DNA of 64,000 nucleotides from Oceanispirochaeta sp. (GTDB taxonomy: Bacteria > Spirochaetota > Spirochaetia > DSM-2461), in contig CAXXXD010000004.1 in assembly GCA_963663385.2 (NCBI GenBank), positions 640,001-704,000 of the forward strand, read 5' to 3'. The notes beneath the pieces are model-generated. The model had not been told where the DNA came from and made no database searches. It worked only from the letters and a program-made list of their open reading frames with translations. The position numbers and the translations under genes are program-made. Position 1 is the first letter of the stretch; every line of letters starts with the position of its first letter. Positions 29,799 through 39,539 of the stretch are shown in pieces.

Positions 29799-31010
29799 AT
29801 GAACAGAATGAAAAGATATATAAGTACACTTCTTTTACTGATCCTGACAGTCGGAGCTCTCAGTTCCGAGGTCATACAAAGTATCGATATCGAAGGTTTG
29901 AAGAAAACAAAAGACTCGACCGTAAAGGGTATTATCGGTTACCGTGAAGGCGACCAGATTCAAATCGATAGTGAATCGGATATCCGGCAGAAACTGGTTA
30001 AATCCGGTCTGTTTGTCAATGAGACCATTGATGTCCAGTTGGAAGCCAGGGGAGATAAAGCTTTTATCAGGATCTATATGAATGACAGGGTCTCCCTCCT
30101 GCCCATCCCAATTGCCAGTTTCAGCGACGGTGAGGTTAACGTCGGTGCTTTTCTGATGGACAGTAATTTTCTGGGATATGGGCACAGCCTTTTTTCCGGA
30201 GGAATGTACGGCAGCAAAGACAGGATGTTTATGTTCGGGTATTCCAATCCGGCCTTTAGGGGGAGCCGCATAAAGATGGGCGTCTCCATGGGGGTATATG
30301 ACAATGAGGTTGAAATCACAACCCTTGAGGGTGAGGATAATCTTGTTGAATACGATCAGACAATGGCCCGTTTCGGTATCAATTCAGGGTGGGATCTGAA
30401 TCCTTTTGAAATCAGTCTGGGAGTAGACGGTTCCTATATTTCCGCCTCTCTCTCGGATAAGGATATTTTTAGATTTTCCCAGGATATCAGATTAGACTAC
30501 AACTCACTTTATTACGATACGTTTTTCACGGAAGGTTTCAAGACATATATAGGATATGAACTGCAGTCTTTTTCCGATGCTTTCGACCTGACCCAATCCG
30601 TTCAGGCATCTTTGTCCTATCAGTACCTGGTGCATGAACGCGTTCAAATTGAGCTAAGCGGGGATTCCGGGTATTCCAGCGGAGATGAGCTGCAGTCTCT
30701 TTTTCTTAAATACGGGTATTCCTGGACAATTCTGCCGGAAGATGTTCTTGCGGACCGTTTTATTCAGGGAGATCTCAAGCTGAAGTTTGCCGCTCTGGAT
30801 TTCAACTGGGGCTACCTGGCTGTTCCCCTTACCTATCAGTTGGGAGTCATGGACGGGATCAGCGGAGAGAACGAATTCTATCACGGGCCTTCCGCCGGTA
30901 TGGCAATCTATCTGAAGAAAGTGGCCATACCCGCTCTGTCTATCCGTTATGCCCATAATATGGAGAACAATAAGGGTGTCTTTACTTTCAATATCGGGAT
31001 GTCCATGTAA
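29799..31010 (+). CDS. Single-POTRA outer-membrane beta-barrel protein (Omp85/TamA-like)
   Basis: Signal peptide; IDIEGLKKTKD...LVKSGLF POTRA; DSNFLGYG barrel start; start 29799 or 29808. Confidence 0.75.
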   Translation: MNRMKRYISTLLLLILTVGALSSEVIQSIDIEGLKKTKDSTVKGIIGYREGDQIQIDSESDIRQKLVKSGLFVNETIDVQLEARGDKAFIRIYMNDRVSLLPIPIASFSDGEVNVGAFLMDSNFLGYGHSLFSGGMYGSKDRMFMFGYSNPAFRGSRIKMGVSMGVYDNEVEITTLEGEDNLVEYDQTMARFGINSGWDLNPFEISLGVDGSYISASLSDKDIFRFSQDIRLDYNSLYYDTFFTEGFKTYIGYELQSFSDAFDLTQSVQASLSYQYLVHERVQIELSGDSGYSSGDELQSLFLKYGYSWTILPEDVLADRFIQGDLKLKFAALDFNWGYLAVPLTYQLGVMDGISGENEFYHGPSAGMAIYLKKVAIPALSIRYAHNMENNKGVFTFNIGMSM

Positions 31011-31101
31011 CTGAAATGTACTACAGGAATAATCAGGAGACTCACCATTCATATTCAATTGGATAAATAGAAAAAGGAAAGTCTCCCGGATTGTTCTTTT
31101 C

Positions 31102-32199
31102 TTATCGATTTTTCCTTATCTGTTTTAAATCCTTCTGAATTTTAGCAATACCTTTCCACTTCTCCCGTTCCAGACGGGCGGCGCCGGCATCCTGACGGGT
31201 TTTCAGGTACTGGAGTTCCTTCTGAAGCTCCAGGTAGTTTTCATACCGTCTGTATTCCAGTTCTCCCGATGCAAGGGCCGCCTGAACGGCACAGCCCGGC
31301 TCTCCCTGATGGGAGCAGTCCCGGAAACGGCAGCCTTCAGACAGTTCGGTAATATCCTGGAATGCTTCAGCCAGGGCATCTTCATCAGCCCATAACTGAA
31401 CTTCTTTTAAACCCGGGGTATCCACCAGAATCACACCCGAAGGCAGACGGAATATCTCTTTGTGTGTCGTCGTATGGCGGCCCCTCAGATCTCCCTCTCT
31501 CTGGGCTGTGGTCTTTTGCAGCGGCTTACCCGCCAGGGCATTGATTATTGTAGACTTGCCAACACCGGACGGACCGGTAAGGGCAATGGTTTTCCCCGGT
31601 TTCAAAGTCGATTTCAGTTCAGGGAAGCCCTCTTCCGTTACGGCGCTTACAAGATAAACCTCAACACCCGGGGCTGCACTCTCAGCTGTCAAAAGAGCCT
31701 TCTCTCTTTCCTCTTGTGTACAGAGATCCGCTTTATTCAATACAATTGCCGGCCGGGCTCCGCTGTCCCAGGCCAGAGTCATATAGCGTTCCAGTCCTCC
31801 GGATGTAAAATTCCGGCCGCCGTTTATTCCGAATACAAGATAAATGGTATCGATATTGGCTGCCAGAACCTGCTCATCCGTTCTGTCTCCCGCTACTTTG
31901 CGGGAGAAGCGGCTTATCCGCGGGAGGATATATTCAATTATTGCCTTATCCTCCGATGCCCGGCGGAAAAGGACCCAGTCTCCAATGGCTGGATAGTCTG
32001 CCGGACCGGCTGCTTTATACTGAAAGGCGCCTGATACTTCCGCCGAAAGGTATACATCATCACGGTCAGGTGTTTCTGCTGCAAGGGTATACAGATGATG
32101 TACCTCCCTGATCACTCTTCCGGCTTCCAGTGTGTCTGCTTTTCTCGTTTCGTATTCTTTCTCCAGGGAGCTGTTCCATCCCCAGGATTCTCTGCTCAT
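31102..32199 (-). CDS. rsgA: Ribosome small subunit-dependent GTPase A
   Basis: AANID, NKADL, GPSGVGKST, GRHTTT, DTPG, CRFRDCSH..EPGC zinc finger. Confidence 0.95.
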   Translation of the reverse strand: MSRESWGWNSSLEKEYETRKADTLEAGRVIREVHHLYTLAAETPDRDDVYLSAEVSGAFQYKAAGPADYPAIGDWVLFRRASEDKAIIEYILPRISRFSRKVAGDRTDEQVLAANIDTIYLVFGINGGRNFTSGGLERYMTLAWDSGARPAIVLNKADLCTQEEREKALLTAESAAPGVEVYLVSAVTEEGFPELKSTLKPGKTIALTGPSGVGKSTIINALAGKPLQKTTAQREGDLRGRHTTTHKEIFRLPSGVILVDTPGLKEVQLWADEDALAEAFQDITELSEGCRFRDCSHQGEPGCAVQAALASGELEYRRYENYLELQKELQYLKTRQDAGAARLEREKWKGIAKIQKDLKQIRKNR

Positions 32200-32567
32200 A
32201 CAATTTTCTCCAAAGTGTTTTTAGCGGGGAACGGCAGCATGGTTATCGGCTTGGCTGCCAGCCTGAACAGGACCATTTCATTGTCATCCCCGGCGATTCT
32301 GTTGGTTCGTATAAATCCACAGCTTTGACAGCGATGGATAACAGACCACTCTTTTGACGGTTTGACCCATACGCTGATAGGTTCCATCAGTCCCCGGCAG
32401 CCGCATCTCCGGTCGCCTTTCTTAAGGTCCACATGCAGGCTCCAGAGGCAGTGGGGGCAGTGGTTCCGGTGAGATCCTCCCGTTTCAGGGGGAGGGACTG
32501 TCATGCCGCAGTTACGGCAGATAAATGTGTTTGTATAGTTGTTGTCTCTGTGATTGTATCGGGACAT
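32196..32567 (-). CDS. RNHCP domain zinc-binding protein
   Basis: F.C..CG, HRNHCPHCLWSLHVD, C.G.MEP, HRC..CG, NRIAGDD; ATG 32567 with AAGGA RBS; ATGA overlap with rsgA. Confidence 0.92.
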   Translation of the reverse strand: MSRYNHRDNNYTNTFICRNCGMTVPPPETGGSHRNHCPHCLWSLHVDLKKGDRRCGCRGLMEPISVWVKPSKEWSVIHRCQSCGFIRTNRIAGDDNEMVLFRLAAKPITMLPFPAKNTLEKIV

Positions 32568-32696
32568 ACCATTTTCCTTCTGGTGCAAAATTCTATGCAT
32601 AAGGTATGTGATGTCCTGTTCAATTGGAATTGATTTTGGATTTTCCGATGGGAAATGACGGGCTGAAGAATTCCTATTTTAATAAATAAGAGTGAA

Positions 32697-32750
32697 TCAG
32701 CAGCCGCACGTTCCCTGAACAGGAACATCCCCAACAGCAATTGTAAACAT
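32697..32750 (-). CDS. Putative leader peptide MFTIAVGDVPVQGTCGC (17 aa)
   Basis: Strong GAGGAGG SD 5 nt before the ATG; lies between the promoter and the RNHCP gene. Confidence 0.65.
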   Translation of the reverse strand: MFTIAVGDVPVQGTCGC

Positions 32751-32784
32751 GTACGCCTCCTCAGGTAACTTAAGATAGTTTTAT

Positions 32785-32813
32785 CTTATAGACCCTGGCA
32801 GGGATTCTGTCAA
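32785..32813 (-). promoter_or_regulatory. Sigma-70 promoter of leader-RNHCP-rsgA
   Basis: TTGACA-17 bp-TATAAG. Confidence 0.7.
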
Positions 32814-32839
32814 GGTCTATTGAAAATGAGCGATCAGGA

Positions 32840-34837
32840 TCAGTGATCACTTAACAGTTTTCTTTTTACTGTTCCGTCTTCTGTCTGAAAATAGTTAATT
32901 GTTTCAAACATGCTTTTTGCGGATTGAGAGAGCATCAGCGCTGTTGCAGACAGTTCTTCCGAAGCTGAGGCGTTTCTCTGAATAACCTTATCCAGTTCGA
33001 GGATCGCATCGTTTATCTGGGAAGCTCCGACCTTCTGTTCTCCGCTGGCCGCGCTGATCTCCTTGATCAGGTCAGCGGTGCTGTTTATTTCTGTAACAAG
33101 AGAGGCCAGCAGGGTGCTGGTTGTGCCGGCATTTTCCATGGTGATGGAAGACAGTTCCATAATGCTCCCCGCAGCATCCTGGCTTCTTTCGGCTAGTTTG
33201 CGCACTTCCGAGGCGACTACGGCGAAGCCTTTGCCGTGCTCACCTGCCCGGGCCGCTTCGATTGCCGCATTGAGGGCCAGCATATTCGTTTGTCTGGCTA
33301 TTTCTTCAATAATGGAAATTTTCTGTACTATCTCTTTCATGGCCTCCACGGCGCTGTTCATGGATTTGCTGTTCGATCCGGCATCCTGAGCTACCTTGAG
33401 GGCTATCACTTCGGTCTGGCGGGAATTGTCGGCATTCTGCATAATTACGGATGTCATTTCTTCCATGGAAGAGGAGACCTCCTCCGATGATGCAGCCTGT
33501 TCCGAAGCCCCTTCTGCAATCTGCTGGGAGGAGACATTCACCTGATCGCTGTTTACAGTCAGCTGCTTTGCTTCCTCCTTGATATTGGCGACAATGGACC
33601 GCAGAGAGGACACCATGTGTCCCAGGGCCTGTGTCAGGTCTCCAAACTCATCCTTTCTGTTCAGAAATTCCGCGGAAGGTTCCACAGTCAGATCTCCGCT
33701 GCTGATGGACTGGCTGAGATGCAGGGCTTCATCAATGGGTTTCAGCATTATGTTCAGAATAAAGATAATAAAAGCACTTAACAGGGCAACTGTTATGAGT
33801 GATACCACTATAAAGGCAAAAAGCTGCCTTCTTATGGGCTGCAGGATCTCTCCCTTGTTTACAGCCAGAAAACTTATCCAGCCGGTCTGTTTTATCCGGT
33901 CCGTAAACAGGATATAATCCGTTCCATCCTGCCGGTATTCAATATGCGAGAGTTTCCCCTCTGCAATAAGGGGCAGGGCGTCCTTCAATTCCTGCGGGAA
34001 ACTGTCATCCGTTGCGATGGATGCTTTCATAATCAGGTCTGAATTCGGGTGAGCTATAATCATTCCATCCGTGTCTGTAAGATAAGCCCGGGTTTCCACA
34101 TCCAGTTTAAGGGTCCTTATCAGGTCCTGAATGGTCGTAATGGATAGATCAATCGCAGTTGTACCAAGCAGTTTCCCCCCCTGTACCACAGCTTTTGCAG
34201 CGGTCACAACCAGCTCTCCGGTGACACCGTCTATATAGGGGGCAGTCAGTATGGTATCACTGCTGTTTATGGCGCTCATATACCACCCGCGGTTTCTCAG
34301 GTAAAAAGATTTTTTCCCCGTCCATGTTGCTGGATCCGTATAAAACTCCTGGGTATTCTCCACCCCGATATAGGTTAACAGGAGGGATGGGTTTTTATTT
34401 GTAATATTTTTAATGGACTGTACAAAATTCCTGTGTCTTTGCATCAGGTCCGGGTCTCTTGGTGTTGTTTCATCTGCTTCCGGTATGGACTCTGCCAGTT
34501 GCTTAATATTAGCCGGCAGGGCATCGTACTGACGCTTTTCCTCCTCCTGAGAAAGAGGAGGGGGCGAGGTAAAGTAGTAGCGGTAGCTGGTATCTTCCAT
34601 AAGGGACTGTATATTATAATCTTCAGCCATGACCTGAGGAATCATCATCTGTTCCTGCAGGAAACCCTCCACATCATTTACGGTGGCGTTCAGTCTGGCT
34701 TCCGCCTGGTTGTAGGTCGCCGAAATAAGAGTTGATGTAAATCTGGTAAATGTGATTATTCCGTTGATGGTAAATAGCACAATTACGATAAGGGTAATGA
34801 ACAGGGGCAATTTGAACTTGATTGAATGTATCTTCAT
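32840..34837 (-). CDS. Methyl-accepting chemotaxis protein with Cache and HAMP domains
   Basis: R.WY, APYID Cache motifs; [48 protein letters not shown]. Confidence 0.95.
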   Translation of the reverse strand: MKIHSIKFKLPLFITLIVIVLFTINGIITFTRFTSTLISATYNQAEARLNATVNDVEGFLQEQMMIPQVMAEDYNIQSLMEDTSYRYYFTSPPPLSQEEEKRQYDALPANIKQLAESIPEADETTPRDPDLMQRHRNFVQSIKNITNKNPSLLLTYIGVENTQEFYTDPATWTGKKSFYLRNRGWYMSAINSSDTILTAPYIDGVTGELVVTAAKAVVQGGKLLGTTAIDLSITTIQDLIRTLKLDVETRAYLTDTDGMIIAHPNSDLIMKASIATDDSFPQELKDALPLIAEGKLSHIEYRQDGTDYILFTDRIKQTGWISFLAVNKGEILQPIRRQLFAFIVVSLITVALLSAFIIFILNIMLKPIDEALHLSQSISSGDLTVEPSAEFLNRKDEFGDLTQALGHMVSSLRSIVANIKEEAKQLTVNSDQVNVSSQQIAEGASEQAASSEEVSSSMEEMTSVIMQNADNSRQTEVIALKVAQDAGSNSKSMNSAVEAMKEIVQKISIIEEIARQTNMLALNAAIEAARAGEHGKGFAVVASEVRKLAERSQDAAGSIMELSSITMENAGTTSTLLASLVTEINSTADLIKEISAASGEQKVGASQINDAILELDKVIQRNASASEELSATALMLSQSAKSMFETINYFQTEDGTVKRKLLSDH

Positions 34838-34961
34838 TGATGACTCCTTTGAGATAAATTAAAAAATAGCAAACCTTTTTTCTAACTTATCTTAAATAAT
34901 AAAAGACCGGACTCTTTTCATTCCCTGTTTTTTCTGTGAATATAGAGTGTGGAGACGGTGA

Positions 34962-37508
34962 TTACCCATCTATGACTCTCTCTACTGCTTCGGTGAGTTT
35001 CTGAAGGGTAAATGGCTTCCGGATGAACTCCGCAACTCCCATATCCATAAGTTCCCGTATTCTTTCATCCTCACTGAATCCTGATGTCAGCAGGATTTTC
35101 ATGGAGGGAGCAAGGTCCCGTATACCCTCTATGGTTTCCTTGCAGGTCAGACCCGGCATAATCATATCCAGCAGAACAAGGTTTATCGCGGAGGGATCTC
35201 CGGTTATGGTTTCCAGAGCCTCCCTGCCGTTTCCTGCCGTCAGGATTTCGTAGCCGAAGGATTCCAGAATATTCCGTGTCATCTCCCTCAGGACTTCCTC
35301 ATCGTCCACTATCAGAATCCTTCCCCGGCCGGTTTTTACGGCTGTCCTCTTATCCTTCTCAGGTTCTTTCTGAGGGGGCTCTTTCAGAACCGGAAGATAG
35401 ATGCGGAAATCGCTGCCTTCCTGTTCAACCGATTTTACATCAATGAAGCCGGAATGGGATTGTATAATGGTATAGGCCATGGATAAGCCCAGGCCTAATC
35501 CTTTTCCTTTTTCTTTTGTTGTGTAAAAGGGGGTGAATATCTCCTGAATTTTATCGGCAGCAATCCCGATGCCTGTATCGGACACGGATATGCACCAGTA
35601 GGACTGCGATATATCATTATCGCATCGCTTGAGATAAGGATCATCTTTGCCGGCCAGCTTCAATGCAATGCCGAGAGTCCCGCCCCATGTCTGGTCGGGG
35701 GGTCTCATAATCGTCATGGCATGTTCCGCATTGATGCAGAAATTCAGAAGGACCTGCTCCAGCTGCCCGGTGTCGGCCTGTACTAAAGCCTTTCTTTCCG
35801 TATATTCCGGATTGAGCCGGACAGATTTATCCAGAGAATGGGAACAGATTTTAATAACATTGGTCACAACTTTGTTCAGATCTACGGGAGTCAGGGTTAT
35901 ATCCCTTTTTCTGGAAAGGGTCAGCAGGTTCTGTACAATCTCCGAGGCTCTCTCTGAACTGGCTTTCAGAATATCCAGATATTCCCGGAATTTTTCGCTC
36001 TCGATTTTCTTCTCTGTTTTGAACAGGTAGTCCATCAGAGATACGGTTGCGGTTATTCCTCCGAGGATATTGTTAAAATCATGGGCTATCCCTCCGGCCA
36101 GAATTCCGACTGTTTCCATCTTCTGGGTCTGCCGCAGCTCCTCTTCTGCTCTGACTAGACTGGTTATATCGTATATGAATCCATCGAGAAAACAGAATTC
36201 CCCTGTCTTCGAATAGATCGGCTGTCCTTTTTCTCTTACCCATCTGATTGAACCGTCTGCGTGATATATCCGGTAACTGAACTGATAGATGGATCTGTTT
36301 TCCATACTTTTCCTGATGGCCCGGCGTACCTGTTCCCTGTCATCCGGATGGATGGCAGCCCGGAAGAGTTCTTTCGATGTATCTGTAAAATCGGAGCCGG
36401 GGTAACCGGTTATCTGGGAAATATAGTCGCTGATATAGATTATATTCCTGCCTTCACCGTCAATGGAGCGGTAGACAGCTCCGGGAAGGTGATTCACCAG
36501 TGATCTGTAGCGGTTTTCACTCTGGATGAGATTTTCCTCCATCAGTTTCCTCTGTCTCAGTTCATCCTTCAGGGCGCGGGTTTTCAGAGATACCGCTTTT
36601 CTAAGGGATGTTATCCAGATAAGGATTGTTCCGGCTATCAGGAGCCCGGCGGAAAACAACCCCAGTAGAAATATGCGGAAAGCCCTGTGCTCCAGTAAAC
36701 GGCCCGCTTCAATCTGCACCCATTTCTGCCAGATCTTTTTCCTGGTGCGGGAAGAGACAGTGCTCAGGGCTTTATTTAAAATACTTTGAAGTTCGGGCCA
36801 GTCCTTTCTGACTGCAAAGGCAAGGGGGGCCCTGATCTCTGTGGTCCCCGCCAGTTTTATATTACTGTAGCCCTCCACTTCTATTGTATAAAGAATACTG
36901 GGAATAAAACCCACAAAGACATCAAGCTCACCAAAGGAAAGCCGGGCCAGACCTTCTTTAATGCTGTCTACAGGAATCAGGTCATACCAGGGATAATTGG
37001 TTTTAAGAAAATTATGGGGAATATAGCTGGATGCAACGCCTATCTTTTTCCCTTCCAGATCCTCAAGAGTCAGGTCTTTCTGCCCATCCTTGGGTATGAC
37101 AATCACCGCCTGAAGTGTAATAAAGGGATCCGTAAAATTCATATATTTCAGGCGGTCTTCGGTTGGAGCTGCTGCACCGAACATATCAACTTCCCGGGAT
37201 TTCGCTTTGCCAATCACTTCCTCCCAGGTTTCCGATCGGTCAATTTCAAAACGGAGGGGAAGCATCTGTTCCAGCAGGGAAATATAATCGGCGGCCACTC
37301 CTCTGTATTTCCCGTTTTCATCAAAGAACTCTATGGGTGGAAAAAGGGGGTCCGGTCCCACCCTGATGACAGGATGGTTTTCCAGCCAGAGCTTTTCCTG
37401 TTCCGTCAGTTCCGGCATTTCTCCAAATCTGTCCGGAGAGGAACAGGTAAACACTGTCATTAGGAGCAATATGAGGCAGAGAGTATAGGCCGGTCTGGAA
37501 TTTGACAT
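34962..37508 (-). CDS. Hybrid sensor kinase (SBP family 3 sensor, PAS, HisKA, HATPase, receiver)
   Basis: PPIEF/GVAADY SBP; IHPDD PAS; AGGIAHDFNNIL; DTGIGI, GLGLS; LVLLDMIMP. Confidence 0.93.
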   Translation of the reverse strand: MSNSRPAYTLCLILLLMTVFTCSSPDRFGEMPELTEQEKLWLENHPVIRVGPDPLFPPIEFFDENGKYRGVAADYISLLEQMLPLRFEIDRSETWEEVIGKAKSREVDMFGAAAPTEDRLKYMNFTDPFITLQAVIVIPKDGQKDLTLEDLEGKKIGVASSYIPHNFLKTNYPWYDLIPVDSIKEGLARLSFGELDVFVGFIPSILYTIEVEGYSNIKLAGTTEIRAPLAFAVRKDWPELQSILNKALSTVSSRTRKKIWQKWVQIEAGRLLEHRAFRIFLLGLFSAGLLIAGTILIWITSLRKAVSLKTRALKDELRQRKLMEENLIQSENRYRSLVNHLPGAVYRSIDGEGRNIIYISDYISQITGYPGSDFTDTSKELFRAAIHPDDREQVRRAIRKSMENRSIYQFSYRIYHADGSIRWVREKGQPIYSKTGEFCFLDGFIYDITSLVRAEEELRQTQKMETVGILAGGIAHDFNNILGGITATVSLMDYLFKTEKKIESEKFREYLDILKASSERASEIVQNLLTLSRKRDITLTPVDLNKVVTNVIKICSHSLDKSVRLNPEYTERKALVQADTGQLEQVLLNFCINAEHAMTIMRPPDQTWGGTLGIALKLAGKDDPYLKRCDNDISQSYWCISVSDTGIGIAADKIQEIFTPFYTTKEKGKGLGLGLSMAYTIIQSHSGFIDVKSVEQEGSDFRIYLPVLKEPPQKEPEKDKRTAVKTGRGRILIVDDEEVLREMTRNILESFGYEILTAGNGREALETITGDPSAINLVLLDMIMPGLTCKETIEGIRDLAPSMKILLTSGFSEDERIRELMDMGVAEFIRKPFTLQKLTEAVERVIDG

Positions 37509-37672
37509 ATACTAATAGTATAGTTTGGGGCTGATGGGCATTTCAAACGGATTGATCATTATCCCCAACAGAGATTTTGAGGAGTTTCTGGAAGTGCCGT
37601 TTCTCCGTTTCGAGTTCAGGCTTTGCTCATTTGGGAAAGTGCGAGGGGACCTTTTGTGAACAGGAGGTAAGC

Positions 37673-38190
37673 CTCGCCATCCATTCATCAGCATCGTGCT
37701 GATTCATTCCTGGCCGCCTCCGTTCCTGAAAAAACGTCCTGTTTTTTCGCGGTTTCACCGCCGGAACTCCGTTTCGAGTCGTAAGTTATTATAAAAAAAA
37801 GGATCACTAAATCGTGATCCTTAAATACTTTAGCAGGGGTAGGACTCGCCATCCATTCATCAGCATCGTGCTGATTCATTCCTGGCCGCCTCCGTTCCTG
37901 AAAAAACGTCCTGTTTTTTCGCGGTTTCACCGCCGGAACTCCGTTTCGAGTCGTAAGTTATAATAAAAAAAGGATCACTAAATCGTGATCCTTTAATACT
38001 TTAGCAGGGGTAGGACTCGCCATCCATTCATCAGCATCGTGCTGATTCATTCCTGGCCGCCTCCGTTCCTGAAAAAACGTCCTGTTTTTTCGCGGTTTCA
38101 CCGCCGGAACTCCGTTTCGAGTCGTAAGTTATAATAAAAAAAGGATCACTAAATCGTGATCCTTTAATACTTTAGCAGGGGTAGGACTCG
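37673..38190 (-). repeat. Three tandem 171-172 bp repeats downstream of tRNA-fMet, each containing the tRNA 3' end and terminator
   Basis: Units start at CTCG 37673, 37845 and 38016 and run into the tRNA at 38187; near-identical apart from the A-tract region. Confidence 0.95.
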
Positions 38191-38245
38191 AACCTACGGC
38201 CTTTGGGTTATGAGCCCAACGAGCTGCCAACTGCTCCACCCTGCG
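38173..38245 (-). tRNA. Initiator tRNA-fMet (CAT), copy 1
   Basis: Unpaired C1/T72, GGG:CCC in the anticodon stem, CTCATAA loop; CCA not encoded. Confidence 0.96.
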
Positions 38246-38259
38246 TCGTTTGCTTGATG

Positions 38260-38288
38260 AATGTATAGTGTATGGGATTATTTGTCAA
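38260..38288 (-). promoter_or_regulatory. Sigma-70 promoter of tRNA-fMet copy 1
   Basis: TTGACA-17 bp-TACATT. Confidence 0.7.
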
Positions 38289-38392
38289 GAGAAATGTAAA
38301 AAAAAGTGATTATTAGATTTTTCGGGCTGCTTTGATGTTTCCTTCGTTGTACTATAGAGTCCCTGTTATGCAACTCAAAAGGAGAACTTCTC

Positions 38393-39139
38393 ATGCTTTT
38401 TGAAATTTTGACCCCTCTGGATTGGGGTATCCTTGCCTTTTTTACATTGCTGATCGGTATTGATAAAGCGGGATTACGGGGAACGAATATTGTCACGATC
38501 CCGGCTTTTGCGGCGTATTTCAGCGGAAAGGTCTCCGTTTCGATTGTGCTGGTGCTGTTCCTGGCGGGAGATTTCTGTGCCATTGTAATATACAGGAATA
38601 AAATCAGCTGGAAGCATCTGATCCGGCTTCTTCCGCCGGCCCTGGCAGGAATTATTGCCGGTATGCTCGTAGGAAATGCCCTGTCTGATTCGTTGTTCCG
38701 TTTCGTTATGGGAGTTCTCGTTTTAATCTGTCTGATTCTTATGATTTTAAAAGAACTGGGTAAGCTGGGATTTGAGGTTCCGGATCATTGGGCTTTGCAC
38801 GGTTTATTTGGCTCCATGGGCGGGTTCTCCTCCATGGTCGGGAATGCGGCCGGTCCTATCATGTCTTTTTACCTTCTGTCCATGAATCTTTCAAAGGAAA
38901 TATTTATTGGAACGGGAACCCTGTTTTTTCTTGTTATAAATCTGATCAAGCTTCCGGTACATGTTTTTGTCTGGAACTCTGTTTTTATGGATTCCCTGAT
39001 TATCGATCTGATTCTTTGTCCGTTTGTCCTTATCGGGGTCTTTATTGGATTGAAAATTGTGAAGAGGATTCCCGAGAGACCTTTCCGGTTTCTGATTATC
39101 GGGGCTGCTTTTCTGGCTACCTTGAAGTTGTTTATGTAA
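38393..39139 (+). CDS. TSUP (TauE/SafE) family transporter
   Basis: About 8 TMs; GIDKAG, GNAAGP, NLIKLP motifs; AGGAGA RBS. Confidence 0.88.
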   Translation: MLFEILTPLDWGILAFFTLLIGIDKAGLRGTNIVTIPAFAAYFSGKVSVSIVLVLFLAGDFCAIVIYRNKISWKHLIRLLPPALAGIIAGMLVGNALSDSLFRFVMGVLVLICLILMILKELGKLGFEVPDHWALHGLFGSMGGFSSMVGNAAGPIMSFYLLSMNLSKEIFIGTGTLFFLVINLIKLPVHVFVWNSVFMDSLIIDLILCPFVLIGVFIGLKIVKRIPERPFRFLIIGAAFLATLKLFM

Positions 39140-39144
39140 TGGCA

Positions 39145-39372
39145 TCCTGCCCCTGCTTTTTATAATGGGAAAGTGTGAGGAGTACATTTTTTACAGGAGG
39201 CTGGCCTCGCTTTATTTCGTCGGCATCGTGCCTCCTCAATTAAGCCGGCTACAGGATTAAATGGCATCCTGCCATTTGCGCTCCAGGTATTCGCGCCATC
39301 CTTCCGCTTCGAGTCCTGCCCCTGCTTTTTATAAATGAAAAAAGATCCGAATAAATCCGGATCTTTTTTCAT
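39145..39372. repeat. tRNA-linked repeat element related to the 171 bp unit, with inverted tRNA 3'-end copies
   Basis: TGGGAAAGTG.GAGG..CAGGAGG..GCCTCGC..GCATCGTGC shared with 37632-37700; TCCTGCCCCTGCTTTTTATA occurs at 39145 and 39314. Confidence 0.75.
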
Positions 39373-39373
39373 T

Positions 39374-39446
39374 TAGCAGGGGCAGGACTCGAACCTGCGG
39401 CCTTTGGGTTATGAGCCCAACGAGCTGCCAACTGCTCCACCCTGCG
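39374..39446 (-). tRNA. Initiator tRNA-fMet (CAT), copy 2
   Basis: Same as copy 1 except a compensatory T-stem pair (GCAGG/CCTGC vs GTAGG/CCTAC). Confidence 0.96.
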
Positions 39447-39460
39447 TCGTTTGCTTGGTG

Positions 39461-39489
39461 AAGATAAAGGTTATCCGGAATAATGTCAA
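39461..39489 (-). promoter_or_regulatory. Sigma-70 promoter of tRNA-fMet copy 2
   Basis: TTGACA-17 bp-TATCTT. Confidence 0.65.
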
Positions 39490-39539
39490 GGGAAGTCTAT
39501 ATATATCTGCAACTATTCTTGATAAACCTGATTAACCGG

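Noticed and set aside
37512..37930. Short ORFs of 60 and 80 aa in the repeat region
   Set aside because: They are translations of the repeat and cross terminator hairpins
37673..38190. CRISPR array
   Set aside because: Whole 171 bp units are near-identical with no unique spacers, and no cas genes are nearby
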